Below, piece after piece: positions 1-10,242 of a stretch of 64,000 bases of DNA. Source of the stretch: Candidatus Bathyarchaeota archaeon RBG_16_48_13 (lineage in GTDB: Archaea; Thermoproteota; Bathyarchaeia; RBG-16-48-13); the NCBI GenBank assembly GCA_001775995.1, contig MEZH01000001.1, positions 1 to 64,000 on the forward strand, written 5' to 3'. The position numbers and the translations under genes are program-made. Within the stretch, counting starts at the first letter, position 1. Each line of letters starts with the position of its first letter. The notes beneath the pieces are model-generated. The model was not told the origin of the DNA. It made no database searches and worked only from the letters and a program-made list of their open reading frames with translations.

Positions 1-3
1 TAG

Positions 4-2190
4 TTGCCTAAGTTCAAGCAAATTTCAGACATAATCAAGATAGTCAAGAACTTAGAACAGATCAGAAACGCTGGAATCATAGCCCACGTTGATCATGGTA
101 AGACTACACTTACAGACTCCTTGCTTGCAGCCGCTGGTGTCTTGTCACCATCAGTAGCCGGGGAGGCCTTGGCCCTTGACTATCTGGAAGAAGAGCAGCA
201 AAGGCAGATGACCATCAAGGCGGCTAACATCAGTCTTTTCTACGAACGGGGGGAGAAAGGCTACGTTGTCAATCTGGTCGATACCCCAGGGCACGTTGAC
301 TTCTCAGGAAGGGTGACTAGGGCTCTCAGGGCCATTGACGGCGCAGTGGTCGTGGTGGATGCAGTAGAAGAAGTTATGGTCCAAACAGAAACCGTCACTA
401 GACAAGCATTGGAGGAGAGAGTTAGACCAGTAGTTTACATCAATAAGATTGATCGTCTGGTGAAGGAGCTTAGGCTTACCCCCGAACAGATTCAAGCCAA
501 GATTGGTAGGATAATTAGCGACTTCAACCGATTAATTGACATCTATGCAGAACCTCAATACAGGGATATCTGGAAAGTCAGTCCAGCTTCCGGTACAGTT
601 GCTTTCGGCTCAGCTAAGGATAGATGGGGATTCACTGCCGAAATAGCCCAAAGACATAATTTGAGATTTCAAGATGTACTCAAAACTTATGAGTCCAGTG
701 AATTCGATGAGTTGAAGAAGAAACTTCCACTTCACGAAGCAATCCTCAACATGATTATAGATCACATGCCTCCGCCTCACGTGGCTCAGAAGTATCGCAT
801 CCCCAAAATATGGCATGGCGACCTTGACAGCGAGGTGGGGAAGGCAATGGTCAATTGCGACGAGAACGGCCCGACAGTCATGTGCGTAACGGATGTCAAG
901 GTTGATCCCCAAGCGGGAATCGTCGCCACGGGTAGACTTTTTTCAGGAACATTGAATGGCGGCGACACGGTCAATCTGATGAACGCCAAAGGAGAGGCCA
1001 GAGTTCAACAAGTCTGTATTTATATGGGACCCTATCGAGAAATTGCTGGCTCTCTTATTGCTGGAAACATCCCCGCGCTACTGGGCTTAGAAGCAGCAAG
1101 ATCCGGTGAGACGATATCCTCAGTCAAAGGCGTCTTCCCATTCGAGCTCGTCAAATATGTTTCTGAGCCAGTTGTAACGATAGCCGTTGAGCCAAAGAAC
1201 AGCAAAGACCTACCGAAGCTGGTAGATTTCCTGAATAAGCTCTCCATTGAGGACCCCACTCTTGTCACAACCGTAAGACCGGAAACAGGCGAGTACCTGA
1301 TCGCAGGAATGGGTACCCTTCACCTAGAGATAGCTCAGACATGGATACAGAAGGCCGGCCTAGAAATAATTTCCTCAAAGCCAATAACCATCTATCGTGA
1401 AAGCATCAGAGGTAGAGCTGGACCCATTGAAGGTAAGTCGCCTAACAAGCACAACAAGATATACCTCAGCGTAGAGCCACTCGAACCTGAAGTCATTGAA
1501 CTGATTCGCAAAGGAACCATTTTTGAAGGACTAGATAGAAAAGAGATGGCTAAGATTCTCAGGGAATATGGATGGGATACCAACGAATCCAGAAACGTTT
1601 GGGTCATCGACGAGCACGGATGCATGTTGATCGATGGAACCAAGGGTCTGCAGTACCTAAGAGAGGTCAAGGAAATGATAATCTCAGGCTTCACATGGAC
1701 TAGTGACGAGGGGCCACTGGCCAACGAAGTATTGAGAGGAGTAAAAGCCAGACTCACAGATGCCCAGCTTCACGAAGACCCAGTTCACAGGGGACCAGCT
1801 CAGATTATGCCTGCCACCAAATACTCATTATTGGCGTCTTTGTTGCTCGCCGATCCAACAATCCTTGAACCTATAATGAAAGCTACGGTCAAAGTGCCCA
1901 TTGAGTATATCGGTGGAGTCACAAAGGTGTTAACCTCCAAGAGAGGTCGCGTTGTTAACATAGAGCAAAAAGAACACCTTGTGTACGTGATAGGCGAGCT
2001 TCCCGCATCAGAAACGTTCGATCTCTCAGAACAGATGAGGAGCGCTACATCAGGGCGGGCTTTTTGGGGGCTAGAGTTTGGTCGATGGGAGATCGTTCCT
2101 CAGTCAATACAGGGGCAGCTTATTCAAGACATAAGAAAGAGGAAGGGATTGAGCCCCACTCCACCTAAAGCCCAAGACTTCATGGAATAG
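4..2190 (+). CDS. fusA: Translation elongation factor 2 (aEF-2)
   Basis: GTPase motifs AHVDHGKTT, DTPGH and NKID; diphthamide-site loop HEDPVHRGPAQ. Confidence 0.98.
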   Translation: MPKFKQISDIIKIVKNLEQIRNAGIIAHVDHGKTTLTDSLLAAAGVLSPSVAGEALALDYLEEEQQRQMTIKAANISLFYERGEKGYVVNLVDTPGHVDFSGRVTRALRAIDGAVVVVDAVEEVMVQTETVTRQALEERVRPVVYINKIDRLVKELRLTPEQIQAKIGRIISDFNRLIDIYAEPQYRDIWKVSPASGTVAFGSAKDRWGFTAEIAQRHNLRFQDVLKTYESSEFDELKKKLPLHEAILNMIIDHMPPPHVAQKYRIPKIWHGDLDSEVGKAMVNCDENGPTVMCVTDVKVDPQAGIVATGRLFSGTLNGGDTVNLMNAKGEARVQQVCIYMGPYREIAGSLIAGNIPALLGLEAARSGETISSVKGVFPFELVKYVSEPVVTIAVEPKNSKDLPKLVDFLNKLSIEDPTLVTTVRPETGEYLIAGMGTLHLEIAQTWIQKAGLEIISSKPITIYRESIRGRAGPIEGKSPNKHNKIYLSVEPLEPEVIELIRKGTIFEGLDRKEMAKILREYGWDTNESRNVWVIDEHGCMLIDGTKGLQYLREVKEMIISGFTWTSDEGPLANEVLRGVKARLTDAQLHEDPVHRGPAQIMPATKYSLLASLLLADPTILEPIMKATVKVPIEYIGGVTKVLTSKRGRVVNIEQKEHLVYVIGELPASETFDLSEQMRSATSGRAFWGLEFGRWEIVPQSIQGQLIQDIRKRKGLSPTPPKAQDFME

Positions 2191-2219
2191 AAACACGAAT
2201 AGCGATGCCTTTTTCCCTT

Positions 2220-2810
2220 CTATTTCTTCGGGGCTGGATTCGCCTCCGTGAAGCTTGCGGCCTTCATTTCGCTCGTGACTTTGCGAGTCGTGGAGATATC
2301 AGCTTTATAGAATCTTTTCAGATATTCGAGGCCCCATCGATGCTCTTCTTCAGAAAGAGCCTCTACTGCATCTTGTGGGATAATGGTCTTGTAGCCTCTG
2401 AAGAAAGCATCTGCGGTTGTGTGTTTGACGCAACAATTCGTGTGTTGTCCGGTTATGATGAGAACGCTAACCTCCATTTCTCTGAGAGTTAGATCTAGGT
2501 CTGTTTCAAAGAAGGAGCTATACCTTCTCTTTGGTACGATGTAGTCTCCCTTTTTGGGCTTTAATTCGTCTATTACCTGTGCGCCCTTCGTCCCCGCGAC
2601 GGCGTGAGAACCCCAAATATCGAATTCTTTGTCCAGTTCCGGGAGATGCGCGTCATTGGAGTATATTACGGGTATTCCTCTCTTCCTTGCTGTCTCAATG
2701 AGTTCTCTGATAGTCGGTACGATTCTCTCTGATCTCTCGTTCTTCAGGGTCCCTTTCACAAAATCGTTAAGCATGTCGATAATAACTAGTGCCATTTGCG
2801 GCAATTTCAC
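2220..2810 (-). CDS. Isochorismatase-family cysteine hydrolase
   Basis: IIDMLNDF, KRRYSSF and TNCCV motifs of the isochorismatase/nicotinamidase family. Confidence 0.9.
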   Translation of the reverse strand: MKLPQMALVIIDMLNDFVKGTLKNERSERIVPTIRELIETARKRGIPVIYSNDAHLPELDKEFDIWGSHAVAGTKGAQVIDELKPKKGDYIVPKRRYSSFFETDLDLTLREMEVSVLIITGQHTNCCVKHTTADAFFRGYKTIIPQDAVEALSEEEHRWGLEYLKRFYKADISTTRKVTSEMKAASFTEANPAPKK

Positions 2811-2942
2811 GTCCTCCTTGAATCAAAGTGATTTTGGACGTCAGACTGGGACGGCGGTATCATCGAAGTAAATCTCAAATCGTCGCGAGCACATCATACG
2901 TCCATTGAACCATAGGCGAAGTAAAGCTAAAAAATGTTCTGT

Positions 2943-3287
2943 TTAGGGAAGCTTCCTTTTCTTAATTTTCTCTTTTAGAGATTTTATCGTGCCAGATACG
3001 CCAACGCTGTAGAGAACGATAGGTCGTCCATCTAATTCTTTAACGGTCGATGCAGCAGCCCTAACCATATCGACAGCTTTGTGAGAACAACGCACGATCG
3101 CGAAATTATCATCAGTGCCCATATCCATGATTCTAAGGCGCGTTCTGCTTGCCCCGACTTCGCCATAGAGTCTCATTACTGATAAAGAGAGGGCGTGGCT
3201 AAGAATACTACGGTCCAAGAAAATGTTATCGCGCCATTTGAAAAGTATATATCGTGATCTATAGTCTCTGACCGGCAAACTCTGCAC
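2943..3287 (-). CDS. rnp2: RNase P protein subunit Pop5/Rpp14
   Basis: RYILF at N-terminus, GVSGTIKSL near C-terminus; adjacent to Rpp30. Confidence 0.88.
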   Translation of the reverse strand: MQSLPVRDYRSRYILFKWRDNIFLDRSILSHALSLSVMRLYGEVGASRTRLRIMDMGTDDNFAIVRCSHKAVDMVRAAASTVKELDGRPIVLYSVGVSGTIKSLKEKIKKRKLP

Positions 3288-3978
3288 TCCTTATCAATTT
3301 GACCCCGGGTATGTAGTCGGGATTCAATTTCTCCCTATTTTTCTCGATTCTCTTAAGAGGTGAGTTGGTTATGGCGTCTGTTGCCTCCTTCCTGGTTAGA
3401 CCTATAGCCGATCCGAGAGCTATGACTTCGCCAGGTCCCCTCAAGTGATGAAGATCTCGAGCGCCACTGGACAATACAATTGGGATCTTGAAATTCCGGG
3501 CTGTCTGTATCTCCTTTAGCATTTTGTTCATTGCCATGACCCGCTGTATCCCTTCATTCAAGATCAGGTCAGAGAGAGTTATTTCCAGTGTTGCATTTGA
3601 CACAGAGGCCAGCTGGGCAGTGGATCGATCAAAGAATGGTCGAGCGCCCACGGGGAAGTTCAGGAGATCTACACGCCTATCCTTTGCGGCTTGTTTCGTG
3701 ACTTTGAAGTTATCACATGTAACGGCTATAATCTCGTACTTCAATCGGTACCTTTTCAATAGGTGCAGGAGATCTTTGGGGTCTTTCGGAAAAAGATTAA
3801 GCCTAGACACCAAGTTCAGGTTATATCTATCTGCGTTCTTCGAAAGGAAACGCATTTCATGGCTTGGAGATCGGTTTAGAACCAGCCCAACATCGGTATA
3901 CCCGAGTTCCGAGGCAAAACTAAGGACCTCTTCCAGATCTTGAGCGGCTGGATCTATTTGAAGATCGACGAATCTCAT
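3259..3978 (-). CDS. rnp3: RNase P protein subunit Rpp30
   Basis: PHP/TIM-barrel pattern, VDLL and SSGA-x4-LRGP motifs; operon context. Confidence 0.9.
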   Translation of the reverse strand: MRFVDLQIDPAAQDLEEVLSFASELGYTDVGLVLNRSPSHEMRFLSKNADRYNLNLVSRLNLFPKDPKDLLHLLKRYRLKYEIIAVTCDNFKVTKQAAKDRRVDLLNFPVGARPFFDRSTAQLASVSNATLEITLSDLILNEGIQRVMAMNKMLKEIQTARNFKIPIVLSSGARDLHHLRGPGEVIALGSAIGLTRKEATDAITNSPLKRIEKNREKLNPDYIPGVKLIRSAEFAGQRL

Positions 3979-4424
3979 GCTATAAGCCCCATTTCCTGAT
4001 AGACTTCGAAGAAATTCTTGTAACCCTTCGGGTGGAGCTTGAACCTGAACCTTATTTTTATAGGATCTCTGGAGGATAGCTGCATCTTACCTAGGTAAGC
4101 GGCCTGTTTGTCCAGTCTAATGAAGAGATCTCGATCTCTCTCGCCTTTCAATCGCATTTCTTGCCCCAGGGATAGCTTGTCCGACGAGCTCAGGTTCGAA
4201 GCAAAAAGAGCCACAATTTGATTTATAGCCTCTTTTTCTGTGACCCTTGCTCTGAGGATTTTTATCGGATTTCCATAATACCCGGTCAGCTCTTCTTCTC
4301 CGAATTCAACTTCCTCTAATATGGTCTCTGGGAGAATGTTCCTCAAAGCCTTGAGGACACGTTCCGTATTCTCAGTCGCGTGCGAAAAAGTCACAATTTC
4401 GATGCTGGCAATTGCCTTTTCCAT
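3975..4424 (-). CDS. DUF54 family RNA-binding protein (exosome superoperon)
   Basis: HATE-x4-V, GYYGNPI and LFIRLDKQAAY motifs. Confidence 0.85.
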   Translation of the reverse strand: MEKAIASIEIVTFSHATENTERVLKALRNILPETILEEVEFGEEELTGYYGNPIKILRARVTEKEAINQIVALFASNLSSSDKLSLGQEMRLKGERDRDLFIRLDKQAAYLGKMQLSSRDPIKIRFRFKLHPKGYKNFFEVYQEMGLIA

Positions 4425-4429
4425 GAAAA

Positions 4430-4945
4430 CTATTCCTTGGCTTCAGAACTCCCTGACTTACGTCTCTTTGTGGAACTCTTTCGTTCTTTAGGCTTGATGG
4501 GTTCTGCTGCTAGCTTTGGTTCTTCTGCAGGTTTGCTTGGGACAGGCGCTCTCTTTCTCTTGCTGGTCTTGATTTCCTTGACATCTATCTCTTCCACGGG
4601 TTTGCTTGGGACAGGCGCTCTCTTTCTCTTGCTGGTCTTGATTTCCTTGACATCTATCTCTTCCACAGTCTTTGTAGTGATAGGCTCTTTCTTCTCAGCC
4701 CGTAATTTGGGTTCCGCTGGTTTTTCCTCAATTTTCTTAGCAGGTTCAGCCGATGGCAATAGTCCCTTAATGGCCATAATGTTCTCTTCCCGAGAGCTAG
4801 ACCGTCTCTTGTCTACTGGGAGGTGCATTCGATGCGCTAAGTCCAGTGATAGCCCAGCACTGGAGAGTTCAGCCAAACTGAAACCTTTTCCGAGTCTTCT
4901 TTTTCCTGAAGGTGAAGTGACCGTTGGTTCCAATCTTCTAGTCAT
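4430..4945 (-). CDS. rpl13e: Ribosomal protein L13e with a long Lys/Glu/Pro-rich C-terminal extension
   Basis: GKGFSLAEL and PVDKRRSS match archaeal eL13; about 100 extra low-complexity residues. Confidence 0.85.
   Translation of the reverse strand: MTRRLEPTVTSPSGKRRLGKGFSLAELSSAGLSLDLAHRMHLPVDKRRSSSREENIMAIKGLLPSAEPAKKIEEKPAEPKLRAEKKEPITTKTVEEIDVKEIKTSKRKRAPVPSKPVEEIDVKEIKTSKRKRAPVPSKPAEEPKLAAEPIKPKERKSSTKRRKSGSSEAKE
4530..4666. repeat. Perfect tandem duplication, period 69 bp (23 aa VEEIDVKEIKTSKRKRAPVPSKP x2)
   Basis: 4530-4597 is identical to 4599-4666 on direct reading. Confidence 0.95.
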
Positions 4946-4992
4946 GTCAGAGTCCTCAATATTTCCATTCTTAAGAGAGAAGGATTGCTCAA

Positions 4993-6519
4993 CTAGAGTT
5001 TTAAGGTCTTGGGTTCTTTTGGGAGACTACTGAGATAACCTCTAAAGGATTCCGGCCAGTTCTTTGGATCCAGGCCTTTTTGGCTCAGAAAGACGCTCAT
5101 CCATCGTTCTAAGCCAATTCCTGAACAACCTGTCCATACTTCTTTCCCTGGTCTTATCTTGAATTTGAAGGCATCGCTGAACTTGGTTCCTGCAACCGTC
5201 AGGTTTTGAAATTCGAGCCATTCGCTTTCCTTACGGTTGCCTCTCCAGGGAAGCCAACCCTCAAAGTCAATTGTGCCCTTCTCCTTTGCTTCTTCAACGC
5301 CTTTTTCCCCAGTTTGAGCCATGTACCATGGAGTAACCCAAGCCGTTCTCCATTCTAACTCCATTATTTCGTTGAAGATATGCTTGTATTTTTCCATGAT
5401 TTGGTCCTTGATTTGGAGGGCTTGTTCTTTGCTCCCGAACCATACAAGCTCTATCCTGTGGAACTCGGTGTCTCGCTCTATGCCGTGGAGACCGCCTGCT
5501 TCATAGCGGTATGATGGTCCAGAACGGTCGAAGAATTTCAAAGGCATATCATCTTCATCTAAAAGCTGGCGTTCGAAGATTGAATAGAGGGGCGGACATT
5601 GAGCATAGCAGGCTCCTCCCAAGGGTTCCTTGATTTTTTCCGCTAGAAGTTTCATTGGGATTTCCCCAGTGATCTTGACGTGGTCTGAGAGGTCTTCCCA
5701 GAACTCTGGGTCCCAGCTTTTTGGCTGACTGATATAGAAGATTGATGGAGCCGAGCCCGGCATGTGACCAGTTTTCAACCAGATATTGAAGGGTGTGACC
5801 TTTGGGATAATGACTTCTTGAAAGCCAATAGGGCTGAGGAGTTCTTCAAGACATATCTGCTCTATGGTTCTCATGATCTTTGATGATGTAAAGGAGTGGT
5901 ACCATATCCCAGGAAGATACCTCACCACCCAGCCACGCTTTATCATCTCCTGGGTCGGGTCACCTGTCCAAATGGGTTCCCGTTGAGGACTCTCCCACAG
6001 AATTTCCCAATGCTCGGCTTTGCCGCCGTAGCTCTGTCTCTTTATCTTATCTTCGAGGAGGTCTAGGAGCCTATCTATTCCGCTCTCCAGAAGGTCTTCA
6101 GGTAGGTTCTCAAGTTCAAGGTACGCTGTGTTGCTTCTAATCTCAATTTTTTGGACAAAGGGAAGCGTGATCTCCTTCTCAGGTTCCCTGTCCAACTCAT
6201 ATTGTATCTCAAATCTATCAATGAAGACTTTTCTTATCCCAGTCTTGTACTTCTTCCCCATGTTCTCTGACAGGAAGTTCCGAATTCTTTTCACGGCGTG
6301 ATGGGCTCTAACGTAGCGACCACTTAAAATGCGAAGAAAGAGGTTTGCACCTTCAACTCTCCATTCCTTAACTTCGCTGGCTTCTTCTTCTTTACCCTTA
6401 GGACAACCCTTCTTCAGGATCCCTTGGTTTGCCTCTTCCAGTAGGATAGGTATATCCTTAAGCGCCTGCGCAGGCAATCGCGCTCCAAACTCAAAATGGA
6501 GTCTAATATCCAGCCTCAT
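4993..6519 (-). CDS. serS: Seryl-tRNA synthetase, type 2 (methanogen-type, Zn-dependent)
   Basis: Methanogen-type N-terminal domain; AQCPP, RYEAGG, FHRIE and TGCSGIGLERW motifs. Confidence 0.92.
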   Translation of the reverse strand: MRLDIRLHFEFGARLPAQALKDIPILLEEANQGILKKGCPKGKEEEASEVKEWRVEGANLFLRILSGRYVRAHHAVKRIRNFLSENMGKKYKTGIRKVFIDRFEIQYELDREPEKEITLPFVQKIEIRSNTAYLELENLPEDLLESGIDRLLDLLEDKIKRQSYGGKAEHWEILWESPQREPIWTGDPTQEMIKRGWVVRYLPGIWYHSFTSSKIMRTIEQICLEELLSPIGFQEVIIPKVTPFNIWLKTGHMPGSAPSIFYISQPKSWDPEFWEDLSDHVKITGEIPMKLLAEKIKEPLGGACYAQCPPLYSIFERQLLDEDDMPLKFFDRSGPSYRYEAGGLHGIERDTEFHRIELVWFGSKEQALQIKDQIMEKYKHIFNEIMELEWRTAWVTPWYMAQTGEKGVEEAKEKGTIDFEGWLPWRGNRKESEWLEFQNLTVAGTKFSDAFKFKIRPGKEVWTGCSGIGLERWMSVFLSQKGLDPKNWPESFRGYLSSLPKEPKTLKL

Positions 6520-6561
6520 TTGATTGCCTCAGTTTAAGGAGTTCAAGAATAGAGATGATCA

Positions 6562-7206
6562 TTAAAACCTTTTTTCATCGACCATAGATAACGCAACGGC
6601 TATGGCTGCATTCTCAGCGTCGCGGTAAGTGGGGGCCCCGCAGACTATGATCATATCGCCATCCTTTGGATCGAGTTTATTTCTGAGATCGTTAGCTAAT
6701 CTAGGTGCGTATATTCCTGCTTCATCAGTAACAGACGGAATAGCCAATTTCTTTTTTTCTGAAGTCATTAGAATTGCACCACTGGCTCCAGCCCTTATCG
6801 CGGTATCTCGATAGTCAAGAATGGGATGGCTAGAAAACTGAATGTTCCTCGTGAGAAGAGCAGAGTATTTCCCGCCTATGTTGAGTTCTTTGCCCTCTAC
6901 ATTGGCAATTCTTATGAGTTTCGCTGATAGCGCAGAGTATAGCGTTTCTCCCTTTTTGGAGAGAATGCATCCCTTATTCGTAACGGTCAGGAAAGTCTTC
7001 TTCTTTAGACGAGCAATTATTGTCCGAGTGACGCCTTCCCCCACACCAACTTCTTTCGACAACGATGCTCTGCCTATTGCTTTCCTTTGGCCAATGACCA
7101 GGATAGTCTTAACAATGTTTGAGAGCGAAATGGCCGCTCGCGGGCCAGTGAATCTCTCTGCGGCGATCTCCTTAAGGACTGTTGTCGATGCCATGGTCTC
7201 AGGCAC
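6562..7206 (-). CDS. Winged-helix protein with DUF4443-like C-terminal domain (putative regulator)
   Basis: IGRASLSKEVGVGEGVTRTII helix-turn-helix; RDTAIRAGASGA motif. Confidence 0.7.
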   Translation of the reverse strand: MPETMASTTVLKEIAAERFTGPRAAISLSNIVKTILVIGQRKAIGRASLSKEVGVGEGVTRTIIARLKKKTFLTVTNKGCILSKKGETLYSALSAKLIRIANVEGKELNIGGKYSALLTRNIQFSSHPILDYRDTAIRAGASGAILMTSEKKKLAIPSVTDEAGIYAPRLANDLRNKLDPKDGDMIIVCGAPTYRDAENAAIAVALSMVDEKRF

Positions 7207-7283
7207 TTCTTGATTATTGTATAGCGAAAAGCTTATTTGGTTTTCGAGTTAATTGGTTGGATGGATGATCCATCCAGCGGAGG

Positions 7284-7851
7284 ATGATTCCCATTAAGAT
7301 CCATAGAGCTGCAACAGCAAGCATACTAGTCGCCCTTTGCGTAACCACGAACTATGCGTTTGCTTTTCGCTCCTAATATAAAATTGATGGATATGATAGT
7401 ATTTTCCAGTGGATTTGTCTTCGGAGCATGGACAGGAGCGGTCGTAGGGGCGTTTTCTTGGCTTGTTTACGGCGTTGTTAATCCTTTTGGATTCTCGTTG
7501 CCAACTCTGCTTACTACAATGATCGGTGAAATTATCTACGGACTCGCTGGTGCAATATTGAGACGGAGCTGGTTCGAAATCAAATCTTCCGAGTGGAAGG
7601 CGGGAGCCTCAATCAAAAACTTCGGGTTTGCCTTGATTGGTTTGGTAACTACTCTGGGCTACGACCTCCTAACAAATGCTGTTACAGGCGCGCTGTTCTA
7701 TAATTCGATACTAGTTGGGTTGATGACCATGAACTTCCCGTTTCCAATGGGATTAATTCATGAGACATTCAATTTCTTACTCTTCTTCTTTCTTTGCCCC
7801 CTCACCATAGTAGCCATGAAGAGGTCTTCGAGCGGTTTCAAAAAGAAATAA
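7284..7851 (+). CDS. ECF transporter S component, frameshifted near 7359
   Basis: GGAGG RBS then ATG 7284 (MIPIKIHRAATASILVALCVTTNYA) joins the frame of ORF 7354 (LLFAPNIKLMD) if one T of TTT 7359-7361 is removed; multiple TM helices. Confidence 0.75.
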
Positions 7852-7862
7852 GGGTGATCAAA

Positions 7863-8348
7863 TTGAAGGGAACACAAGGTCTATGGTTCGCAGTGAGTCT
7901 TTTCCTGATCGGTACCACAATAATAGCATCAAGCTTCTCAGTATACTATTATTTGTTGTACAGCGACGCTAAGGAGCAGTATGAGCAGACGTTATCGTCT
8001 CTCCGATCTTCGACTTATGAGGTTAACATCATGGTAGAGTTTGCCAATGGTACTCGAATTTGGCATAATAACACGATTATACCCATTGGATGGTCTTTGT
8101 TTAACGCCACATTGAAAATCACCAATGGAAACTTGAAGTACATACTATTTTATGGCGCACCTGCTATGACGTCTATCCTTGGGACAGACGCGCAAGGTTC
8201 GCGGAGTTGGATATGGTGGTCTTGGAACTTTACCGAAGGAGATTGGCAGTTGGGCGAAGTTGGAGCGAGCGCGTTCATATTGAAGGATGGAAGCACCTTC
8301 GCTTGGTATTTGGCGGACACCTCAACTTGGCCACCAACGAAGCCTTGA
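7863..8348 (+). CDS. Membrane-anchored DUF4430-like (transcobalamin C-terminal-like) protein
   Basis: N-terminal TM helix; W-x-WW-x-WN, GA and L-x-DG-x4-W pattern; follows the ECF S component; start inferred from a GGTGA RBS. Confidence 0.65.
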   Translation: MKGTQGLWFAVSLFLIGTTIIASSFSVYYYLLYSDAKEQYEQTLSSLRSSTYEVNIMVEFANGTRIWHNNTIIPIGWSLFNATLKITNGNLKYILFYGAPAMTSILGTDAQGSRSWIWWSWNFTEGDWQLGEVGASAFILKDGSTFAWYLADTSTWPPTKP

Positions 8349-8392
8349 CTGCGAGTCGCCCATCACGGATTCAGAGAGACTTCGACTCGATG

Positions 8393-8668
8393 TCAATATT
8401 TGACGGAGAAGTTGTCAAAATCCCCTAGATACTTTTCATTAGTCACCTCAACCTTTGTCACGTTCGACCCTCCAGGGCCGGTGCTGCAGAATTCAATAAT
8501 TCGCTGGATCGCTAGATGGTCTCCTTCGAATATCGTCTCGACCCTTCCGTCAGGCAGATTTTTGACCCACCCATAGACGCCTTCTTGAATGGCCTTCTCT
8601 TTCGTATGGTTTCTAAAGAACACGCCTTGAACCTTACCTTCGATTAGTAAATGGACTCGCACATTCAA
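8393..8668 (-). CDS. acyP: Acylphosphatase
   Basis: GKVQGVFFR and GWVKNLPDGRVE. Confidence 0.95.
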   Translation of the reverse strand: MNVRVHLLIEGKVQGVFFRNHTKEKAIQEGVYGWVKNLPDGRVETIFEGDHLAIQRIIEFCSTGPGGSNVTKVEVTNEKYLGDFDNFSVKY

Positions 8669-8713
8669 TTCTGATATCCCCTAAGTCTTGTTCTGTGCCC
8701 GTTGTTTGACCCC

Positions 8714-9634
8714 TTAATACCATCCGCCCACGACATACAAATAGGAGTTTATGGCCGCTGTCACGCCTTGACCCACTGCTGAACTGACTTGCCGAACGCT
8801 CGGACAGACATCACCGGCTGCAAAGACGCCGGAAATGTTGGTTTCTTGCTTTCCATTGACCAGAATCAAGTCATTCTCATCAAGAGCGATGCCTGCTTTC
8901 TTGGCTAATGCGCTTTCAGGTTTGTGCCCTATACTAATGAATATCCCTCTTACGTCGATGATGAAGTCCTGTAAGGTTCTATTGTTGACAAGACTCAGGC
9001 CATTCACGAGTTTGTCTCCAAGTATCTCTTTGACCTCCGTATTCCAAAGAAAATTTACTCCGCTTTTCATGATCTTCGATGCATACGTCTTATCGGCTCT
9101 CAATTTGTCTCTTCTGTGGATGAGGTAGACTTTGCTGGTGATGTTACTCAAGTATAGAGCTTCAGTGACAGCAGCGTTCCCTCCGCCAACGACTGCAACA
9201 GGCTTGTTTCTGAAGAATGGCCCATCACAGGTAGCGCAGTAACTTACACCCTTTCCTCTGAATTCTTCTTCCCCCGTCACATTCAATTTCTTGTGTGTCG
9301 CACCTGTGGCCAATATTACAGCCCTTGCTTCATATTCACCGTTAACGGATTCTACCCTCCTCAGTTCTCCGTCCAAGTGAAGGGATGTGACCCTCTCAGG
9401 CATTCTAAGTACAGCTCCAAAGTTCGTGGCTTGCCTCATCATCGTTTCCGCGAGTTCTATGCCTGTAATCGCTTCAACCCCAGGGTAGTTTTCTATCGTA
9501 ACCGCCTCCGATGCCTGGCCTCCAAGAATCTCTCCAAGTATCAAAGTTTTTAGGCCCATTCTGGAGGTGTAGATCCCCGCAGCCAAGCCAGCTGCCCCGG
9601 AGCCTACAACTACGACATCATGTTTCACGATCAA
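8714..9634 (-). CDS. trxB: Thioredoxin reductase
   Basis: GSGAAG FAD motif, CATCDG redox centre, VGGGN NADPH motif. Confidence 0.95.
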   Translation of the reverse strand: MIVKHDVVVVGSGAAGLAAGIYTSRMGLKTLILGEILGGQASEAVTIENYPGVEAITGIELAETMMRQATNFGAVLRMPERVTSLHLDGELRRVESVNGEYEARAVILATGATHKKLNVTGEEEFRGKGVSYCATCDGPFFRNKPVAVVGGGNAAVTEALYLSNITSKVYLIHRRDKLRADKTYASKIMKSGVNFLWNTEVKEILGDKLVNGLSLVNNRTLQDFIIDVRGIFISIGHKPESALAKKAGIALDENDLILVNGKQETNISGVFAAGDVCPSVRQVSSAVGQGVTAAINSYLYVVGGWY

Positions 9635-9760
9635 ATCACATCATTCCACTATGACTCTGTCGATCTCTGATCCTTCGCGGTATTAAGAATAGCGACTCTG
9701 AAACGAAAAACGTATAAGAAGGATGTTTTTCATTCCTACAACTACTTCTCATGAAAATTC

Positions 9761-10180
9761 ATGAGGTTCGTTTGTTTGAACGATGAGGAATTGCAGAAGA
9801 TCAAAGAGAAGAGAATGAGGAAAATCATTATGGCGCAGAAGAGGTCAGATTCGACTTCCTCCGAGGGAGTCATTCATCTAAATCGAGAGAATTTCCGTGA
9901 TGTTGTAAATGGCCAGAAGCCAGTCTTAGTGGATTTCTGGGCCGAATGGTGTATGCCATGCAGAATGATGACGCCTGTTTTGGATAGTATGGCCAAAAAA
10001 CACGGTGGAAATGTGGTTTTCGGAAAAGTCAATGTCGATGAAAACCCTGACATAGCGGCCGAATTTGGAGTAAATGCGATACCTAACTTCATGGTCTTTC
10101 TCAAAGGGAAGGTCGTAGGTCAAGCGCTAGGAGCTATCGGGGAACAGGGACTAGAAAATCTAGTCAAGAAAGTCCTATAA
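9761..10180 (+). CDS. trxA: Thioredoxin
   Basis: DFWAEWCMPC active site; divergent from trxB. Confidence 0.95.
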   Translation: MRFVCLNDEELQKIKEKRMRKIIMAQKRSDSTSSEGVIHLNRENFRDVVNGQKPVLVDFWAEWCMPCRMMTPVLDSMAKKHGGNVVFGKVNVDENPDIAAEFGVNAIPNFMVFLKGKVVGQALGAIGEQGLENLVKKVL

Positions 10181-10242
10181 TGACTAGAGCGAACAAAATA
10201 GTTTCCTCAAGAGAACGGATGCTTCGGCGGAGTAAAATGACA

